Shown: positions 32,494 through 33,936 of the stretch, piece by piece
How positions within the stretch are numbered: the stretch's first letter is position 1
Layout of the letters: the number at the start of each line of letters is the position of its first letter
Origin: a virus
Direction: 5' to 3' (one strand)
DNA length: 33,936 bases
Virus genome (UHGV): UHGV-0334900
Translations under genes and position numbers: made by a program
The notes under the pieces: generated by a model
The model's input: the letters and a program-made list of their open reading frames with translations, nothing else
Databases searched by the model: none
What the model was told of the DNA's origin: nothing

Positions 32494-33213
32494 ATGACTA
32501 AAAACGAATTAACAGAAATTCTCCAACTGCACGAAATGTGGCTGAACGAGGAAGAAGGCGGCGCTCAGGCCAAATTTGAAGACCTCGACCTCAGGGGGCT
32601 CGACTTTAGGGGTGCTAACTTAATCAAGGCTGACTTTAAGGACGCCGACTGTTCCGGAGTTGATTTCACAGGGGCCGACTTGAGATGTGCCGATTTCACC
32701 GGGGCCAATCTAACCGGGGCCGATTTCGCCGGGGCCAATCTGAAATGGGCCAATTTTTACAAGGCCCATGTAACCGGAGCCAGATTTAACGGGGCTATCA
32801 TAGACTGCGCCGACTTTAGGTGGGCCCGCGGGATTGTCGACCTGACCGGAGAGAAAACAGAAACACAATCCAAAAGAAAGACCAAGAAAATGAACGACAA
32901 CAAAATCATCACCACGGAAGACGGCGAAGAAATCAATCTGAGCGCGCTTGAACGCGAATTCGGCAGCTATGATTTTGAAGGACACACCTACTATGCTGCT
33001 CGCCAAATGGAATTAACCAATCGTCTTTTTGCCGGATGCTACAACGATGCGGAAGAAGGAGAGGAATACATCTCTGAATACTCCGCGCCCGGATATGACG
33101 AAAACGGCAACCCCGTGGAAATCTTCATGACTTTCACGCAGGTGAAAGGTGAAGAGATAGACCCGGAAAACCTTAACTGGTTCCAGGACTCCGACCGCGT
33201 TGAAGCCCTCTAA
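32494..33213 (+). CDS. Pentapeptide-repeat protein (Qnr/MfpA-like right-handed quadrilateral beta-helix, DNA-mimic type) with an acidic C-terminal domain
   Basis: N-terminal ELTEILQLHEMWLNEEEGGAQA, then 14 or more consecutive A(D/N)LxG-type pentapeptides (FEDLD LRGLD FRGAN LIKAD FKDAD CSGVD FTGAD LRCAD FTGAN LTGAD FAGAN LKWAN FYKAH VTGAR FNGAI IDCAD FRWAR). The track start at 32410 lies inside the promoter's -10/operator, so ATG 32494 is preferred. Confidence 0.7.
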   Translation: MTKNELTEILQLHEMWLNEEEGGAQAKFEDLDLRGLDFRGANLIKADFKDADCSGVDFTGADLRCADFTGANLTGADFAGANLKWANFYKAHVTGARFNGAIIDCADFRWARGIVDLTGEKTETQSKRKTKKMNDNKIITTEDGEEINLSALEREFGSYDFEGHTYYAARQMELTNRLFAGCYNDAEEGEEYISEYSAPGYDENGNPVEIFMTFTQVKGEEIDPENLNWFQDSDRVEAL

Positions 33214-33221
33214 CCATGATT

Positions 33222-33245
33222 CCAGGGCGGTGCATGCCGCCCTGG
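33222..33245 (+). promoter_or_regulatory. GC-rich intercistronic hairpin between the pentapeptide and HTH genes
   Basis: CCAGGGCGG-TGCATG-CCGCCCTGG, a perfect 9-bp stem with a 6-nt loop and no T-run. A possible attenuator, processing site or protein-binding site. Confidence 0.45.
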
Positions 33246-33252
33246 CACAGCT

Positions 33253-33453
33253 ATGACTATTCAAGAATTTGTTGATTGGGTCCAGTCCAGATACCATTTG
33301 CGATCCAAAACATCCGCTGTCAAAAAGGCTGCGCAGATGTTGAGAGTGACGGAAATGGCGGTGTGGCAATGGTTGGGCGGGTCCAGAAAAATGAGCCCGT
33401 CGATGGAGCTGCTGATGGAGCTAATCACCCGTCACGGATTGCCGGACGAATAG
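33253..33453 (+). CDS. Cro/YdaS-like small HTH transcriptional regulator
   Basis: 66 aa. AAQMLRVTEMAVWQWLGGSRKMSP fits the Cro/CI-type HTH (helix, turn, recognition helix ending in W). Last gene of the plus-strand island. Confidence 0.5.
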   Translation: MTIQEFVDWVQSRYHLRSKTSAVKKAAQMLRVTEMAVWQWLGGSRKMSPSMELLMELITRHGLPDE

Positions 33454-33456
33454 ACC

Positions 33457-33490
33457 TATACGAGATTCCAGGGTATACGAGATTCCAGGG
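33457..33490. repeat. Exact 17-bp tandem duplication TATACGAGATTCCAGGG x2 filling the convergent intergenic region
   Basis: Copy 1 at 33457-33473 and copy 2 at 33474-33490. The TAG of the HTH gene is at 33451-33453 and the TAG of the DnaC-like gene at 33491-33493. A third GATTCCAGGG lies at 33217-33226. Confidence 0.6.
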
Positions 33491-33936
33491 CTATTCCCGG
33501 GGATGGTAATTGATCTCGCGGTAGGATTTCCAATCACAGGTGATGATGGTGCCGCAAAGGTGGATGCGGGAAACAATGGCCGGCCCGAGTCGATCTTCAA
33601 GGGCGGCGGGGCTGTAGTTGGAGATGATGATGGTCGGTTTGCCGTTCTGGTGCCGATAGTCAATGAGCCTTTCCAGCGCGGCGCCTGCAAAGTCCGTGTC
33701 CTTGACCTCGTGATACTCGTCCAGCACCAGAAGATACGGGGCCTTGTATCGCTTCATGACATCGGATTCCGAGCCGTTGCCGTTAAACGTCTCTCTCAAG
33801 TCCATCGTGTAATCATAGGCCTTGGTATAGAGGACGCGCCTCTTTCGCCTGTACATGAGGCGTCCAAGAAACGTGCTCAATACCGTTTTCCCGGTGCCGT
33901 ATCGCCCGTTCAGTACAATAATACTCCCAGGCGTCA
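33491..33936 (-). CDS. DnaC/IstB-like AAA+ replication ATPase (helicase loader), 5'-partial (runs off the window end)
   Basis: Walker A GRYGTGKTVLS encoded at the window edge. Walker B LLVLDEY. Sensor IIISNYS. The frame is open to position 33936. Confidence 0.6.
   Translation of the reverse strand, partial: TPGSIIVLNGRYGTGKTVLSTFLGRLMYRRKRRVLYTKAYDYTMDLRETFNGNGSESDVMKRYKAPYLLVLDEYHEVKDTDFAGAALERLIDYRHQNGKPTIIISNYSPAALEDRLGPAIVSRIHLCGTIITCDWKSYREINYHPRE

Noticed and set aside
32565-33369. Minus-strand ORFs 32565..32753, 32710..33006 and 33013..33369
   Set aside because: Antisense to the pentapeptide and HTH genes. Their periodic amino-acid composition is a mirror artefact of the pentapeptide repeats.

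Overview
This window reads as a near-complete, densely packed temperate (lambdoid-organised) tailed-phage genome of about 34 kb and about 58% GC, with almost all genes on the minus strand. Reading right to left, the first block is packaging and head genes. It contains small and large terminase, a Mu-type DUF935-like portal, a Mu gpI-like protease/scaffold, a decoration-like protein, the major capsid protein and a DUF1320 (Mu gp36-like) protein. The second block is neck and tail genes. It contains a collagen-repeat fibre, an embedded lysis cassette (two small overlapping membrane-protein genes plus an Amidase_3 endolysin), a tail protein with two Ig/BACON-like domains, a chaperone-like ORF, the tape-measure protein and a 714-aa distal tail protein. 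At the end of the late block sits a GT-A-like glycosyltransferase, adjacent to a plus-strand tyrosine integrase. Next comes a lysogeny switch. An XRE-type cI-like repressor on the plus strand faces a divergent minus-strand early operon with a small Cro-position ORF, a Bro-N/KilAC antirepressor and a lipoprotein. The early/recombination/replication block follows: excisionase-family HTH, RecT, a Cas4-like PD-(D/E)XK nuclease, RusA, an ASCH protein, a Cys-rich protein, a C5-cytosine and an amino-methyltransferase, and a DnaD/replisome-organiser-like protein. A DnaC-like AAA+ loader runs off the right end, so the window looks like a linearised circular genome or a piece of a longer prophage. The most unusual content is a plus-strand island (31675-33453) set against the flow of transcription. 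It holds a tandem zinc-ribbon protein, a pentapeptide-repeat (Qnr/MfpA-like DNA-mimic) protein with its own sigma70-type promoter carrying a perfect 19-bp palindromic operator, and a Cro/YdaS-like HTH flanked by three copies of a GATTCCAGGG motif, two of which sit in an exact 17-bp tandem duplication. There are also low-GC morons: a DUF4339/GYF membrane protein inside the tail module and an AT-rich two-gene cassette in the early region. Several essential genes (TerS, the amidase endolysin, possibly the MCP and a tail gene) have protein-like or clearly homologous N-terminal coding sequence upstream of the first ATG/GTG/TTG with no canonical start in frame. No rRNA, tRNA or CRISPR array was recognised. 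All calls are by-eye motif recognition without database searches.
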